Shown piece by piece: positions 48,824-59,974 of a stretch of DNA of 64,000 nucleotides. The notes below the pieces were generated by a model. The model searched no databases. It saw only the letters and a program-made list of their open reading frames with translations, and was not told the DNA's origin. The stretch's first letter is position 1. Each line of letters begins with the position of its first letter. The stretch is from an uncultured Clostridia bacterium. GTDB lineage: Bacteria; Bacillota; Clostridia; TANB77; CAG-508. The stretch spans positions 30,540 through 94,539 of the forward strand of contig CAKPJC010000004.1 of assembly GCA_934162535.1 (NCBI GenBank), in the 5' to 3' direction. The translations under genes and the position numbers were made by a program.

Positions 48824-48941
48824 TGGGGAACTTTTAGAAAAAAATTGGGGAACTTTTAATAAAAAAAGTTTTTTAGATATTCAATATGGTTCAAAACCAC
48901 TTATTTCAACAGTTCCACAGTTCCCCTGAAAATTGGGGAAT
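48824..48941. repeat. Cluster of TTGGGGAAC(TTTTA) direct and inverted repeats next to an A-tract region
   Basis: TGGGGAACTTTTA at 48824-48836 and 48845-48858. Inverted GTTCCCC at 48920-48926. TTGGGGAAT at 48933-48941. Phased A-tracts at 48741-48822. Confidence 0.7.
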
Positions 48942-48983
48942 GCACAAAAAGTCTATTAAATTTTAAATAACGGAGATGATAAA

Positions 48984-49076
48984 ATGTTACACTTTATAAT
49001 AGGATTATTTTTAGGGGCTAATCTTAGCCTCTTTTTATATGCCTGTATATTAGCAGGAAAAAAATCAGATGAATAA
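48984..49076 (+). CDS. Possible 30-aa hydrophobic peptide
   Basis: RBS-like GGAGATGA, then ATG. Sequence MLHFIIGLFLGANLSLFLYACILAGKKSDE: one TM helix plus a charged tail. Too short for the ORF track. Confidence 0.25.
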   Translation: MLHFIIGLFLGANLSLFLYACILAGKKSDE

Positions 49077-49098
49077 TTTTTATGAGAGGAGTTAAATT

Positions 49099-49782
49099 TT
49101 GGATGAAAATATTAAAAGTAGTTATTATTCCATTTTACCAGCAGTTGTTAGATATGATAAAGATTTAACAGATAAGGCTAAGTTATTATATAGTGAAATC
49201 ACGTGTCTGTGTAATAAAGAAGGATATTGTTTTGCTACAAATAATTATTTTGCTAATTTATATAATTGCACTCCTCGAGCAATACAATTTACAATATCTA
49301 AGTTACAAGAAAAAGGCTATATAAAAATAATTGTAGAAAATAATTATCAAAGAAAAATATATTTAACAGATGCACTAGGGTATGAAAAAATTTTCACCCC
49401 ACCCCACGAAAATAATTTCATAGGAGGGTATGAAAAAAATTTCACCCATAATAATATAAAATATAATATAGATGATTTATTTATTTTAATTATAAATAAT
49501 AGCAATAAAATTTCAAATGAATTTTATTCAAATTTGAAAAGGCTTGAGTTTATATATCCTAAAAAAATTATAAATACTATGGAACAGGCTAATTTGATAA
49601 AATTAAAAGAAATCATTTATACTTTATTTTTAATATACAATAGCAATTTTAAAAGTATTATGTGTAAGTTTGATAGAGAAATTTTGGTAAATTTATATTT
49701 AACTTGCAAAGATCATAATACAGATGACTTTTTTAATTATTACAGACAATCTATTATAAATAAATACATAGACACATCATAA
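49099..49782 (+). CDS. Winged-helix (HTH_36-like) replication-initiator/DnaD-like protein of the element
   Basis: YYSILPAVVRYDKDLTDKAKLLYSEITCLCNKEGYCFATNNYFANLYNCTPRAIQFTISKLQEKGYI is typical of this phage/ICE HTH family. TTG start. Confidence 0.5.
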   Translation: MDENIKSSYYSILPAVVRYDKDLTDKAKLLYSEITCLCNKEGYCFATNNYFANLYNCTPRAIQFTISKLQEKGYIKIIVENNYQRKIYLTDALGYEKIFTPPHENNFIGGYEKNFTHNNIKYNIDDLFILIINNSNKISNEFYSNLKRLEFIYPKKIINTMEQANLIKLKEIIYTLFLIYNSNFKSIMCKFDREILVNLYLTCKDHNTDDFFNYYRQSIINKYIDTS

Positions 49783-49796
49783 AGGAGTTTTGATTA

Positions 49797-50045
49797 ATGA
49801 TAAATAATTATATAAATAATTTTGAAAATATAATGTCAATTTTTTTATTTTATGGCTTTAAATATACTTTATTTTTACTTGTGATTATGCTAATATTATC
49901 ACTTATTTTTCTAATAATTGGTTGTATTATAAAATCACAAACAATAAAATCGAAATTTTTAAAAATTGTACCAGGCTTATTATTAAGTCTTATTTTTTTA
50001 CTTCTTTTGCCCTACATTTTAGTGCAATTTAAAAATTTAATATAA
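49797..50045 (+). CDS. Small two-TM membrane protein
   Basis: 82-aa ORF after the RBS AAAGGAG. Two hydrophobic helices. Confidence 0.5.
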   Translation: MINNYINNFENIMSIFLFYGFKYTLFLLVIMLILSLIFLIIGCIIKSQTIKSKFLKIVPGLLLSLIFLLLLPYILVQFKNLI

Positions 50046-50096
50046 ATAGTGTTCTCCTTAATTTGCCCTATCAAAAAGTTAAGGAGATGATGTTTT

Positions 50097-50478
50097 ATGA
50101 ATGTTACAAAAAAGAAAAAGAAACTTATTCCAAAATTATCAAGCATTGGAACAACAATTACATTGTTACTAATTCAATGTAATCAATGTTTTGCTGAAAG
50201 TATTGGAACAGCTGAAGTGCAAACTGCAACAGATAATATTAAAAGAGTTATCACAAGTATTGCAATGCCATTAGGTCGGAGTTTTAATCTTTGCTAGTGT
50301 AGTTGTTGCAGCATTAAAAATGATTGCCAATTCAAACAATCCACAAAAAAGGTCTGAAAGTATTGGTGCTCTTGCCTGGATATGTGGTGGTGGCGTGATT
50401 TTAGGTGCTTCACTTATTATTGCTGGAATCATTATCAATGTTGCTACAAATAATAGTGGTACATTGCTTGGAAGTTAG
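50097..50478 (+). pseudogene. TrbC/VirB2-like conjugative pilin-type protein, one +1 shift at in-frame CGG (50277-50279)
   Basis: Signal-peptide-like N-terminus ending in QCFAES. After skipping the C at 50277 the frame continues GVLIFASVVVAALKMIANSNNPQKRSESIGALAWICGGGVILGASLIIAGII, which gives two TM helices. Confidence 0.65.
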
Positions 50479-50488
50479 GTGATTTTTT

Positions 50489-50779
50489 GTGAGAGTATTT
50501 AAAATTCCATTTGATATTAAACGAGAAGAAAAAATATTTGGTGGTTATTTAAGTTTAAGGCAGGTCTTATATTTAATGCTTGCTGCATCAAGTTTAAGTA
50601 TATTAGCTACACCACTAAATATTATTATAAAAATAGTTATTATCACTATAATTGCTACATTTTTTCTACTTTGTGCTTTTCTAAAAATAAATGAGCAAAA
50701 TTTTGATAAGTTATTTTTATGTGCCACAAAATACATTGTTCGTAGAAAAAAATTCAAATATGAGAGGTGCTTAAAATGA
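50489..50779 (+). CDS. PrgI-family (VirB3-like) T4SS membrane protein
   Basis: MRVFKIPFDIKREEKIFGGYLSLRQVLYLM followed by two TM helices. GTG start after AGGTGA. Confidence 0.7.
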   Translation: MRVFKIPFDIKREEKIFGGYLSLRQVLYLMLAASSLSILATPLNIIIKIVIITIIATFFLLCAFLKINEQNFDKLFLCATKYIVRRKKFKYERCLK

Positions 50780-51510
50780 TAATAATGTTTATTTTTCTTG
50801 GATTAACGGTTGTCTTTGTTATTGGTACTGCTATTTATTTAAACAGAAAGAAAAATCAAAATGGATTTATTCAAAAAAATGATAAAAAAGCAAATGAAAA
50901 TCAAGGACAAAAAGTAGATAAAAAGAAATTAGAAAATATTTTTAATTTTAAAATAAAAGATAATATAATTTGCATTGGTAACAGATATTCAAATATTGTT
51001 AGACTTGGTAACATTGATTACAATATGCTTTCTGTTTCTGAACAGGATTCTATTGAAAATATTTTAATACAAACTGCTCTTTCAATAGATTATCCGGTTC
51101 AATTTTTTAGTACAACTGAATACATAGATACAACAAAAGTTATTTCACTTATGAAAAAGAATAAAAATACAAATGAAAAAATTGAAGAATACAAAAACTA
51201 TTTAATAGACTACTTGCATAACTTAATGGAAAACAGGACTATTTCTGTTGTTAGGAGTTATGCAATTATTAGTTATGATGGGAATTTAAAGGATGCAATG
51301 CAAGAATTAAACAGAAAAACACTATCTTTTACAAGTAGTTTATTAAGAGCAAAGATAGTATGTGAAGTTTTAACTGAAGATGAAATTTACGATTTAATTT
51401 ATAAAGAATTAAATAAAAATTCAACCATAAATATTAGCAATTTACAAGGAGGTGGAAAAGAATTATATGTTGGGAAAAAACAAAAAATCAAAAGAAATAA
51501 ACATATTTGA
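50767..51510 (+). CDS. Membrane-anchored conjugation-associated hypothetical protein
   Basis: 247-aa ORF with an N-terminal TM helix. Lies between the PrgI-like and VirB4 genes and overlaps both. Confidence 0.5.
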   Translation: MLKMIIMFIFLGLTVVFVIGTAIYLNRKKNQNGFIQKNDKKANENQGQKVDKKKLENIFNFKIKDNIICIGNRYSNIVRLGNIDYNMLSVSEQDSIENILIQTALSIDYPVQFFSTTEYIDTTKVISLMKKNKNTNEKIEEYKNYLIDYLHNLMENRTISVVRSYAIISYDGNLKDAMQELNRKTLSFTSSLLRAKIVCEVLTEDEIYDLIYKELNKNSTINISNLQGGGKELYVGKKQKIKRNKHI

Positions 51511-53284
51511 AAATGTACCTAAGCTTTCCGACTTACTGATTCCTGATGAGTTACAAGAAAAAGTAGATTATTTGAAACTTGGATATAACAAATTTACTAG
51601 AATATTTGTTATGACAATTTATCCTGAACAAACTTGGGTTAGTTGGCTAGATGATTTATTTGCTATTGGAAATATAAATATTTCTGTAAAAATAGAGCCA
51701 TCTATCAATGGAAATGTTATAAATCAATTAACAAAGAAATTAGTACAAGCTCAAAGCGAATATGCAACTTATTCAAGACAAGGGAATATATTGCATTTGC
51801 CGGAATTAGAAAAACAAATTGGAGATTTAGAAGATTTGCGAATGCTAATACAAACTAATCAAGATAAATTATTTTATGCTACAATTTTTATATCTCTAAA
51901 TGCTGAAAGTCTAAAAGATTTAAACGAGAAAACAAAAATATTAGAAAGTGAATTGAACAAAAAAACTGCAATGATTAGAACACTAACTTTTAGACAGTTA
52001 GAAGGATATAAAACAATACTTCCTACAAACGAATACCCTATTCCAAACTATGAGCGAAATATGGTAGCTGGTGGTATTGCAACATTGATACCTATTTCTA
52101 CACCTAATTTATCACATGATAAAGGTATTTTTATTGGCAGAAATATATATACAAATGCACCTGTTTACATTGATACATTTTGCGGTCCTCCTACACTCCC
52201 TAATCCACATGTATTTATTTGTGGCACAAGTGGTGGTGGAAAAAGTGTAGCACTAAAAACATTAACCGCTAGAAATATTGCTACTACTGGATGCGGAGCA
52301 TTTTTTATTGATGTCGAAGGCGAATATAGTAATTTAACTAAAATGCTTGGTGGAAAAGTAATTAAAATTGAGCAAGGAAAACCAGCAGGAATAAATCCTT
52401 TTGAACTAGAGGCAGATTTTAAAGGTAAAGAGAAGTTTTTAAATATACTTGATAAAGTGGCAGAAATTAGAGCCTTAATTGCAACAATATGCAGAAATTA
52501 TGGTCGAACACTTACAGGAACAGAAAATACTGAAATAGAGATAATAGTAAATCAATTATATAGTGAACGAGGCATTACAAGTGATGTGAATTCGCTTTAT
52601 GAGAAAAAAGGTGGAAAACTTGATAATGGTAAATATGTAGTAGGAAAAATAGAAAAGAAAATGCCTACTCTTACAAATTTTCATGACAAATTAGTACAAC
52701 GTGGAAAATGTAAAGAATTAGCTGATATTTTAATCCCATTCCTAAAAGGTAATTCTTTGGGAATCTTCGATTGTGAAAGTAAAATTACATCTTCTGAAGA
52801 TATTATTTGTTTTGATATGAGTGAGATTAAAGATGAATTTACAAAATTATATTCTTCTTTTGTTATCTTAACTTGGGTATGGCAAAAATATGTACTAAAA
52901 AATAGAGAAAAGAAAAAAATCATAGTTTGCGATGAAGCTTGGTTATTTTTAAAATATCAAGAATCCGCAGACTTCCTTGTGAATGTTGCTCGCCGCCGGT
53001 CGCAAGTATAATGTTCCATTATTCATTCGGTAGCCAATTTATTGATGAATTTTTAAGTTCTGAAGAACGGAAAAACCATTATAAATATATGCTCAACAAG
53101 ATATTTATTTAAGCAAAGTCCTGGATCCGTCGATGAAGTTGTAGATTTCTTTAATTTATCTGAAGGTACAAAAAATTTTCTTACTGCTGCTACTCCTGGT
53201 CAATGTGTAATAAGCCTAAATAATACTGTTACTGCAATAAAATTTATTATAACAAAATATGAAGAAACCTTTGTATTTACTTAA
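51467..53284 (+). pseudogene. VirB4/TraE-family conjugative ATPase, three +1 shifts at in-frame CGG (52997, 53028, 53068)
   Basis: Walker A CGTSGGGKS, Walker B IIVCDEAWLF. Skipping one C at each CGG restores ARR-GRKYNVPLFI-GSQFIDEFLSSEE-GKTIINICSTRYLFKQSPGSVDEV... through to the stop at 53282-53284. Confidence 0.85.
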
Positions 53285-53302
53285 AACTGGAGGTGAGAAA
53301 AA

Positions 53303-54806
53303 TTGAATAAATTATTTAAAAGTTTTGTAATAGTAGTTACAATGCTTTTTTTATTATCTCCTATATGTTTTGGGGCCACTCCTGAACTAAAAAAACAAAT
53401 AAAAAAGGAAGATGGCTCTTTATTTGAAAAAATTATTGCCGAATGTATTGGTGGAATTGCTGAAACAGTCCTAGACTTTACAACTCGGTGAAAAAGCCAA
53501 TGTAGGTTTTAAAGATTATGATGAACTTATTTTTAATAATAAGCAATCAAATGATAGTTTATCACCATTTACAGAAGAATTATGGACTAAAACTATGAAA
53601 TGGTATCAAATTTTTAGCATTATTTCTGGAACATTGATACTAATTGCAGTATTTATATTAGCTTTTAAAATGATAAATGCAGGTATGAATACGACTAGAA
53701 AAAATGAAGCAAAAGAAAATTTGATGCGATTATGTTTTGGTGGTGCTGCAATAGCTCTAGCTCCTTTATTTATTAGATTTTTATTGTATATGAATAATAG
53801 CTTAGTATATTTATTAGTTACAGCTGCAAATACTGGAACACTTGATGCAACATTAGGAAACTCTATGCTAACAAGTATAAAAACTGGAAATGCAATTTCA
53901 ACAGCCCTTGTAATTGCAATGTTTATATATTTATTTGTGAAGTTAAATATTAAATTTATAGTTAGACAATTTACAATTATAATATTTACTATTTTTACCC
54001 CTGTTGCTGCTGGACTTTGGATAATAAATAAAAATGTAACTGCTGCATCAATTTGGGCTGGTCAAATTATTATGAATATTTTTATGCAATTTATATATTG
54101 CTTTTTATTTTTAATATATCTTGCATTTTTGCCATCTGGTGGTGGCTGGGCTATCTCTTTAATTTGGGCTATGATGATCCTTCCACTTGCTGATACATTA
54201 CAAAATTGTTTACAAAATCTAACTTCAAGAATTGCTGGCATTGATAATGAACAAATGACAAATAGAGTTCTTGGAACAGGTGCAATGCTTGGCTTTGGAT
54301 TAGGTGCTATTAAAGAACAATTTAAAACTCCTAACATTCCAAGTAAATCATCTAACAATGGAACTGATAATAATTCCAATAATGGACTAAAAGGCATTAT
54401 ATCAAGAGCAAAATCATTTATAAATCCAGTAACAAACTTATCTGATGAAAAAGATTACAACGGAAATGTAAATCCTATAAGAGATGTAATAACACCTACA
54501 AAAGAAGGTAAACAAGATACTGTAACAATGCCTAAATCAAAAATAGATAACAAAAATAATATGAGCAATGGAAAAATAACTCCAAAATCAGTAGTAAAAA
54601 ATGTTGCAAGTACCGGATTCAAAGGAACAAAAGCATATCTAAGTATAGGGGCAAAAATGGCTGAAGGCGATTTTAGTTCATACAAGTATAAAAAACAACC
54701 ATCTTCAAAAAATAATGAGTCTATGCAAAATACTGAATATTTAAACAATATAAATAATTTGCAGAAAGGGGCTGAAAATGAGTTTAAAGGAAAAAACGAA
54801 GAATGA
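53303..54806 (+). pseudogene. VirB6/TcpH-like polytopic T4SS membrane protein, one +1 shift at in-frame CGG (53486-53488)
   Basis: Signal peptide, then DFTT-GEKANVGFKDYDEL...MKWYQIFSII, joining ORFs 53303-53491 and 53595-54806. Six or more TM helices and an N/S/K-rich tail. Confidence 0.65.
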
Positions 54807-55447
54807 AATTAAAAAGAAATTCAAAAAAATCGTTTTAAAAATAATTAAACCATTTATCCCATTTATAATTGTAATTTTTTTAATTGTTTTGGCAGTATGT
54901 ACTGTAGTAGATTCTATGTTTACAACTGAAGATGATATGCAAATGGCTGAAAAACTTTCAAGCGAAGATTACGAAGCACAATATGCAGAATGGCTAAAAG
55001 ATAAAGAAACAACACCTAGTACAATAATAAATGATGGAAAAGGTCTTATTCCTACTGGTATGTTTACTTGGCCAATACCTGGCTATACATTAATTACATC
55101 ACATTTTGGAATGAGAACACATCCTATAACTGGAGTCTACAAATTGCATAGTGGTACAGATGTCGGTGCACCTATTGGAGCTAATTTCGTAGCAATGGCT
55201 GATGGTATTGTTACAACAGCAAAATATAGTAATGCGTATGGAAATATGGTAATGATAGACCATCGGAAACAATATTGTAACTTTATATGCACATGGTTCT
55301 GAAATATTAGTACAAACAGGTCAACAAGTAAAACAAGGTGATCCAGTTTTAAAAGTTGGGTCAACAGGCTATTCAACAGGAGCACACGCTCATTTTGAGG
55401 TTAGAATAAAAGGAAGTTTTGTAAATCCTGAAACTTATTTTAAATAG
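54778..55447 (+). pseudogene. M23-family peptidoglycan hydrolase (VirB1 analogue), one +1 shift at in-frame CGG (55264-55266)
   Basis: HSGTDVGAPIG, then MIDH-GNNIVTLYAHGSEILVQTGQQVKQGDPVLKVGSTGYSTGAHAHFEVR once the C is skipped. Stop at 55445-55447. Confidence 0.85.
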
Positions 55448-55459
55448 GAGGTTTTAAAA

Positions 55460-55822
55460 ATGGTTTTAATTTTCACAGATAATGAAATATTAAACAAAGA
55501 TTTGAACAAAAATATTGAAAATAGTAGGGTTGTATATTATCCAGATTACATATTAGAAGAAAAAGAAGCAAATATTTTAATTGCTACATTACAGCCAAAT
55601 AAATACAATTTTAAAGACTTTATGTTTAAAGTTAGAGAAAAAAATATAAGAGTAATTTTAATTCTTGAAAATGCACAAATATCAGAATTAAAAGATGCTC
55701 TTTTTTTAGGAATATATGACTTTATTTTTGATCCTTTTGAAATTGAAGATATAAAAAGAAAAATCAACATTGCTACCCCATTTTCTGAAATTTCAATATA
55801 TATAGAAAAATACTTGAATTAA
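55460..55822 (+). CDS. Hypothetical protein (flavodoxin/receiver-like fold suspected)
   Basis: 120-aa ORF after RBS AGGAGG. No motifs recognised with confidence. Confidence 0.4.
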   Translation: MVLIFTDNEILNKDLNKNIENSRVVYYPDYILEEKEANILIATLQPNKYNFKDFMFKVREKNIRVILILENAQISELKDALFLGIYDFIFDPFEIEDIKRKINIATPFSEISIYIEKYLN

Positions 55823-55841
55823 AGTATTTTAACTATTCTAA

Positions 55842-56489
55842 TTGAAAGGCGGTGATATAACTACATTTCAAAATTTTAATGGAAGGAGGATTTTAGTTTT
55901 GCACAAAAAAGTAATTATAATATCAATTACAGTCATTCTTATAATTATTGCAACAATATCTACTTTTTTTATAGTTAAATATTTTATGAATAAAAATAAA
56001 ATAAACTATGTGTATGAAGAATATTCAAATGATAATACACAAAACAGACTAGATACTGAAAATAACAATACTGAATTAGATTCGACTGATAATTTAATGT
56101 TACATATTGATGGAGAAAATGTACTTGGTGTTATTAAAATTGATAAGATTAATTTTGAAGGGCTAATTTATGAAGGAACTTCTATGCAAACTCTTGCAAA
56201 AGGTGTGGGACACTTTGAAAATACACCATATCTTAAAGGAAATGTATGTTTAGCAGCTCATAATACTAATCCATATTGGGCTAAATTACATACTTTGTCT
56301 AACGGAGATAAGATACAGTACACTTGCTTTTTAGGCACAAAAGAATACGAAGTAAATAATGTTTCAAGAATTAGTGAAACAGATTGGGACTCTTTAAAAA
56401 ATACTGACACTAATGTATTGACACTTATTACTTGTGTAAAAGGACAAAAAGATTTAAGACTCTGTGTTCAAGCAAAAGAAATAAAATAA
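55842..56489 (+). CDS. Sortase (class B-like) with N-terminal membrane anchor
   Basis: LAAHNT (His), LTLITCV (TLxTC Cys), DLRL (Arg). The start may instead be the TTG at 55899, after GGAAGGAGG. Confidence 0.8.
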   Translation: MKGGDITTFQNFNGRRILVLHKKVIIISITVILIIIATISTFFIVKYFMNKNKINYVYEEYSNDNTQNRLDTENNNTELDSTDNLMLHIDGENVLGVIKIDKINFEGLIYEGTSMQTLAKGVGHFENTPYLKGNVCLAAHNTNPYWAKLHTLSNGDKIQYTCFLGTKEYEVNNVSRISETDWDSLKNTDTNVLTLITCVKGQKDLRLCVQAKEIK

Positions 56490-56572
56490 AATTTTTTTCT
56501 TTTGAGCATTGTCAAAATAATATAAATGATGTTACCCTAGAAATAATAAAAAATATGAAAGGGTGATGTTTT

Positions 56573-57304
56573 ATGAATAAGAAAAAAATTAGCATAGTAA
56601 TTATTAGTGTTTTGGCTTTTATAATTATTATTTGTGTAGCTTTATTTTTATATAGCAAAAATAATCAAAATTTAGAAAGCAGTGATTTACCACAAAATGA
56701 AGTAATACCAAATGATGTAGTAGAAAATACAACAGATATACAAACAGCAGAAGTTCAAGAAGATAATAATGTAGCAACTGTTGCTGAAGAACAAATGGAA
56801 GCTCAAACTATTCCTGCTCAAGAAGAAAGTAATACTTCAAATAAGCCTACTGAAACCAAGCCACAAGTTGCATCAGAAAAACAAAATAATAAACCAGTAG
56901 AAACAAAGCCAAAAGCAAAAACACAAATTGAAACTAAAAAAGTAGAAACTCCTAAAAATACAAAGAATAAATCTACGGTTACTTCTACTACTGAAACACC
57001 TAAAAAAGAAGATTCAAAACCAACTCAAACTACAACACCAGCTAATACTGAAAAATATGTAAGAAATGATGAAATGATAAATAAAATCAGGGGTGTTATG
57101 CAAAACAATGAATCAGATTTTATGAAACAATATGGTTACAACATAGTTGTGGATAGTTCAATAAAAGCACAAACAAATCAATTTACTTACACAGAAAGTA
57201 GAGTAATAAATTATTTGAAATACAAATTTGGAACAATACGAATTTACGCTGAAGATTATTATAAAAATGGAAATTTAATAATGACTATGTGTTATATTTT
57301 ATAA
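56573..57304 (+). CDS. Membrane-anchored protein with K/T/P/E-rich linker, function unknown
   Basis: 243-aa ORF with an N-terminal TM helix and a low-complexity PTETKPQ / KPVETKPK region. Confidence 0.5.
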   Translation: MNKKKISIVIISVLAFIIIICVALFLYSKNNQNLESSDLPQNEVIPNDVVENTTDIQTAEVQEDNNVATVAEEQMEAQTIPAQEESNTSNKPTETKPQVASEKQNNKPVETKPKAKTQIETKKVETPKNTKNKSTVTSTTETPKKEDSKPTQTTTPANTEKYVRNDEMINKIRGVMQNNESDFMKQYGYNIVVDSSIKAQTNQFTYTESRVINYLKYKFGTIRIYAEDYYKNGNLIMTMCYIL

Positions 57305-57394
57305 CTAAGAAAGCTCTATTTAAGGGGCTTTTTTTATATAGTGTTTTCTCTTATATTAAAGCCTTTCTAAATAAATATAGGAGGAATTTTTAAT

Positions 57395-59974
57395 ATGTTA
57401 AAATCAATTACAAAAAAGAGTATTGCCTTAATAATGGTACTACTAACAATATTATCTGCATTTTCAAACTTTACTTATGCTACAGAAATCAGTTCTGCTT
57501 ATGTCCAAAATGGTGGAGATTGTGGTTACCATTTACAATTTTATAATAGTGCAAAAAATGTATGGTCTTATATCATTACAACGTTTGCATATTATGAAAA
57601 TGGTGGCGTTCAATATCCTGCATACTGTTTAAATAGAGACTTACCCGGTGTTGGTGGTCAAGCTGCAGGAGATGCTTATTCTGTTAATGTAAATCAAGTT
57701 ATAAATGATGTTAGAATTTGGAGAGTTGCAATAAATTCTTATCCATATCAAAGTCCTGAAAGTCTGGGATTAGAAAATAAGTATGATGCTTTTGTTGCTA
57801 CTAAACAAAGTATCTATTGTATAATTTATGGAACGGACCCAACCACATATTATAGAGGTGGAGATTCCAGAGGTGAAGCAATAAAAAATGCTATTGTTAG
57901 ATTAGTAGATATTGGTAGAAATGGCTCACAAACACCAGCTAATACAGAAGTATCTGCAAATAAAGTTGGTGGATTTACAGAAGATGGAGATTATTATTCG
58001 CAAGAATATAGTATAAATAGTCCAGTAGAAACAAGTCAGTATATAATTACTGCAACAAATGGATTGCCTAATGGAAGCAAAATAACAAATATGTCAAATA
58101 ATGAACAAAATTCATTTGCTGGAAGTGAACATTTTAAAATTAAAGTTCCAAAAACTGAACTTAATAAAGACATTGATGTTACAATAACTTTACAAGCAAA
58201 ATGCAAAACATACCCAGTATTTTATGGAGAGACAACTGTACCAGGAACACAAAATTACTTACTTACATTTGATCCATTTGGCGATGTAACTGGTATGGCA
58301 AAATTAAATGTTAAAACAAACACAGGAAAAATAAAAATAGTAAAAAATGATGTAGATACTAACCAACCAATAGAAGGAGTTACATTCCAACTAACAAAAA
58401 AAGATGGAACTGTAATTGCTAATAGTACAACTAATAAAAATGGTGAAGCATCTTTTTCAAATTTATATCAAGAAAATTATGTTTTAAAGGAAATATCTAC
58501 AAATGATAATTACATACTAAGTGAAAAATCATTTGATGTAAATGTAGAGTATAATCAGACTAATATACAAACTATTACAAATGAACACAAAAAAGGAAAT
58601 ATTAAAGTATATAAAATAGATAAAGATAATAAAAAAGTTGTATTAGGAAATGTAGAATTTAAACTATATTCTGAAGAATTTAAGAAAATCATTGGAACAT
58701 ATTATACAGATGTAAATGGTGAATTGGAAATAAAAAATCTTCGTACAGGAAATTATAAACTGATAGAAACAAAAACTAACAAATGGTACAACCTTGCTAA
58801 TGATACAGAAATAAAAGTAGAATGGGACAAAGAAACTACAAAAAATATTGAAAATGAACTTAAAAAAGGTCAAGTAAAAGTGATAAAAGTTGACAAAGAT
58901 AATAACGAAGTAAAACTTGAAGGCGTTGAATTTGAAGTATTAGATGAAAATGACAAAGTATTAGAAAAAATTATTACTGATGAAAACGGTGAAGCCTTAA
59001 CTTCAAGATATGCAATAAGAGATTTTGCTAAACTAAAATTAAGAGAAACTAAAACATTAGATACTTATGTTTTATCTGATAAAGTAGAAACAATAGAATT
59101 AAAAGAAAATCAAATTACAAATATTAAATTTGAAAACGAAAGAATAAAAGGAAAAGTAGAAATTACAAAAGTTGATTCAAAAGATGAAAATAAAAAATTA
59201 GAAGGTGCAAAATTTGGATTATATGATGAAAAAGATAATCTAATCGAAACATTAGTTACAGACAAAGATGGTATTGCAACAAGTCAAGATTTGTATAAAG
59301 GAAAATACTATCTAAAAGAATTAGAAACAGGATCAAATTATTATTTATTGAATGAAGATACATTTGAATTTGAAATTGCAAACAATGGAGAAACTATTAA
59401 GAAAACAATTAAAAATGAGCCAACTGATATAACTGTTGATGTAGATAAAACTGGAACTACTGAAATAAAACCAGGTGAAGATGTAAATTATGAATTTTCT
59501 AATGTAGCCAATAACTCTAATGTTTATTTAGACAATTTTAAATGGTATGATTATATTCCAACAGATTATATAAGATTACAAAAAATGACTACTGGTACTT
59601 GGAATCAAGACTTGACTTATAAAGTATATTATAAAACAAATAAATCAAATGATTATGTACTATTTAAAGAAGATTTAAGCACAAATGAAAATTACGATTT
59701 AGATTTTACACAAATTGTACTTGCAGATGATGAATATATAACAGAAACTTGTTTTGATTTTGGAAAAGTAGAAAAAGGATTTAGAGAAAGCACATCTCCA
59801 ACAATGAATTGTAAATCTTTTGACACACTAAAAGAAAATGACACATTTACAAACCACACTAAAACTGTTGGTACATATTTTGGAGTAACTGCTGAAGCTA
59901 ATAGCAAGTGGACTACAATTACACACATTCCAGAAGAAAAACATGAAATTGTGTTACCTAGAACAGGTAAATAA
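57395..59974 (+). CDS. Surface adhesin: signal peptide, possible thioester domain, four Cna-B/SpaA-type repeats, LPRTG motif with a truncated sorting signal
   Basis: Signal peptide ending in FTYA. PAYCLNRDLPG and ATKQSIY are thioester-like. Repeats start GKIKIVKND, GNIKVYKID, GQVKVIKVD and GKVEITKVD. The C-terminus is VLPRTGK followed by the stop codon. Confidence 0.8.
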   Translation: MLKSITKKSIALIMVLLTILSAFSNFTYATEISSAYVQNGGDCGYHLQFYNSAKNVWSYIITTFAYYENGGVQYPAYCLNRDLPGVGGQAAGDAYSVNVNQVINDVRIWRVAINSYPYQSPESLGLENKYDAFVATKQSIYCIIYGTDPTTYYRGGDSRGEAIKNAIVRLVDIGRNGSQTPANTEVSANKVGGFTEDGDYYSQEYSINSPVETSQYIITATNGLPNGSKITNMSNNEQNSFAGSEHFKIKVPKTELNKDIDVTITLQAKCKTYPVFYGETTVPGTQNYLLTFDPFGDVTGMAKLNVKTNTGKIKIVKNDVDTNQPIEGVTFQLTKKDGTVIANSTTNKNGEASFSNLYQENYVLKEISTNDNYILSEKSFDVNVEYNQTNIQTITNEHKKGNIKVYKIDKDNKKVVLGNVEFKLYSEEFKKIIGTYYTDVNGELEIKNLRTGNYKLIETKTNKWYNLANDTEIKVEWDKETTKNIENELKKGQVKVIKVDKDNNEVKLEGVEFEVLDENDKVLEKIITDENGEALTSRYAIRDFAKLKLRETKTLDTYVLSDKVETIELKENQITNIKFENERIKGKVEITKVDSKDENKKLEGAKFGLYDEKDNLIETLVTDKDGIATSQDLYKGKYYLKELETGSNYYLLNEDTFEFEIANNGETIKKTIKNEPTDITVDVDKTGTTEIKPGEDVNYEFSNVANNSNVYLDNFKWYDYIPTDYIRLQKMTTGTWNQDLTYKVYYKTNKSNDYVLFKEDLSTNENYDLDFTQIVLADDEYITETCFDFGKVEKGFRESTSPTMNCKSFDTLKENDTFTNHTKTVGTYFGVTAEANSKWTTITHIPEEKHEIVLPRTGK

